Assembly (NCBI GenBank): GCA_964016885.1
Contig: OZ024741.1
Coordinates: 275,962,001-276,026,000 of the forward strand
Length of the DNA: 64,000 bases
Reading direction: 5' to 3'
Source: Eledone cirrhosa
Taxonomy: Eukaryota
This document shows, piece by piece, positions 62,795 to 64,000 of the stretch; positions within the stretch are counted from its first letter, which is position 1, and every line of letters begins with the position of its first letter. The position numbers were made by a program, and so were the translations under genes. The notes under the pieces are model-generated. The model saw only the letters and a program-made list of their open reading frames with translations. It was not told the origin of the DNA and did no database searches.

Positions 62795-63597
62795 GTGGGT
62801 ATTTAGGTAGATAGGTGAATATATAAGTAGGTTGGTTAGAAGGTAGGTGGGTATATAGGTAGATAGGTGAATATATAAGTAGGTTGGTTAGAAGGTAGGT
62901 GGGTATATAGGTAGATAGGTGAATATATAAGTAGGTTGGTTAGAAGGTAGGTGGGTATTTAGGTAGATAGGTGAATATATAAGTAGGTTGGTTAGAAGGT
63001 AGGTGGGTATTTAGGTAGATAGGTGAATATATAAGTAGGTTGGTTAGAAGGTAGGTGGGTATATAGGTAGATAGGTGAATATATAAGTAGGTTGGTTAGA
63101 AGGTAGGTGGGTATATAGGTAGATAGGTGAATATATAAGTAGGTTGGTTAGAAGGTAGGTGGGTATATAGGTAGATAGGTGAATATATAAGTAGGTTGGT
63201 TAGAAGGTAGGTGGGTATATAGGTAGATAGGTGAATATATAAGTAGGTTGGTTAGAAGGTAGGTGGGTATTTAGGTAGATAGGTGAATATATAAGTAGGT
63301 TGGTTAGAAGGTAGGTGGGTATTTAGGTAGATAGGTGAATATATAAGTAGGTTGGTTAGAAGGTAGGTGGGTATATAGGTAGATAGGTGAATATATAAGT
63401 AGGTTGGTTAGAAGGTAGGTGGGTATATAGGTAGATAGGTGAATATATAAGTAGGTTGGTTAGAAGGTAGGTGGGTATATAGGTAGATAGGTGAATATAT
63501 AAGTAGGTTGGTTAGAAGGTAGGTGGGTATTTAGGTAGATAGGTGAATATATAAGTAGGTTGGTTAGAAGGTAGGTGGGTATATAGGTAGATAGGTG
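62795..63597. repeat. 52-bp minisatellite, ~15 copies
   Basis: Unit gggtat(a/t)taggtagataggtgaatatataagtaggttggttagaaggtaggt. Confidence 0.95.
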
Positions 63598-63689
63598 GGT
63601 TTATAGATAGGTGGGTTGGTAGATATACATAATAGGAGTGAAAGTGAAATTTAAAAAAATAATACTAGGATTCATAGAAGTAGTTAATA

Positions 63690-64000
63690 GCCTCTCTTAC
63701 CTGAATGATATAATTAGCAGTGGAGAGCAGAGAAGCTAGAGTAAAGCAGACTGGGAAAAGTTTAGAAAAAGAGATTTCTCTCTATGAACGAAAGGTCAAA
63801 TGCATGATGCCTGTATGAATGCAGAGAATATGCAAAAGTTGGAGAGAAATGAAGCAAGCAGAGTTCAATGGATGTAAAATGTTAATTAATGTGCATGAAA
63901 GATAAAGCATACATGTACCAAGAAAATAACAGGATATAAGAGGAATCAGATATAGTGTACAGCCAAAGACAATGCTGGTATGCATATGTGATACATAAGT
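63690..64000 (+). mobile_element. Degenerate RTE fragment
   Basis: YL.D.ISSG and LERNEAS remnants. Confidence 0.65.

Overview
Repeat-saturated eukaryotic DNA. The SINE and LINE families suggest an octopod cephalopod (inference). Seven short minus-strand exons missed by the ORF track (62656-62534, 40597-40448, 34317-34259, 32106-32050, 15652-15572, 14059-13907, 12339-12220) splice in frame into the C-terminal part of a SLP-76/BLNK/CLNK-like SH2 adaptor; the 5' part lies beyond the window. Introns and flanks are packed with mobile DNA: a near-intact RTE LINE (APE-RT with a PHD-like finger inside the RT and an ABAB tandem-monomer 5' end), many truncated RTEs, two tandem R4/Dong elements in (TAA)n, several Penelope-like (PLE) lineages, Helitron fragments, maT/mariner/piggyBac/hAT elements, two SINE families and several minisatellites. 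The most striking structure is a set of about 12 'fold-back plus one-sided tail' inserts, mostly in (TA)n. They range from ORF-bearing PLEs to ~170-bp non-coding hairpins and often carry minimal type I hammerhead ribozyme motifs, some supported by covariation. All structures were read by eye; repeat boundaries are approximate.
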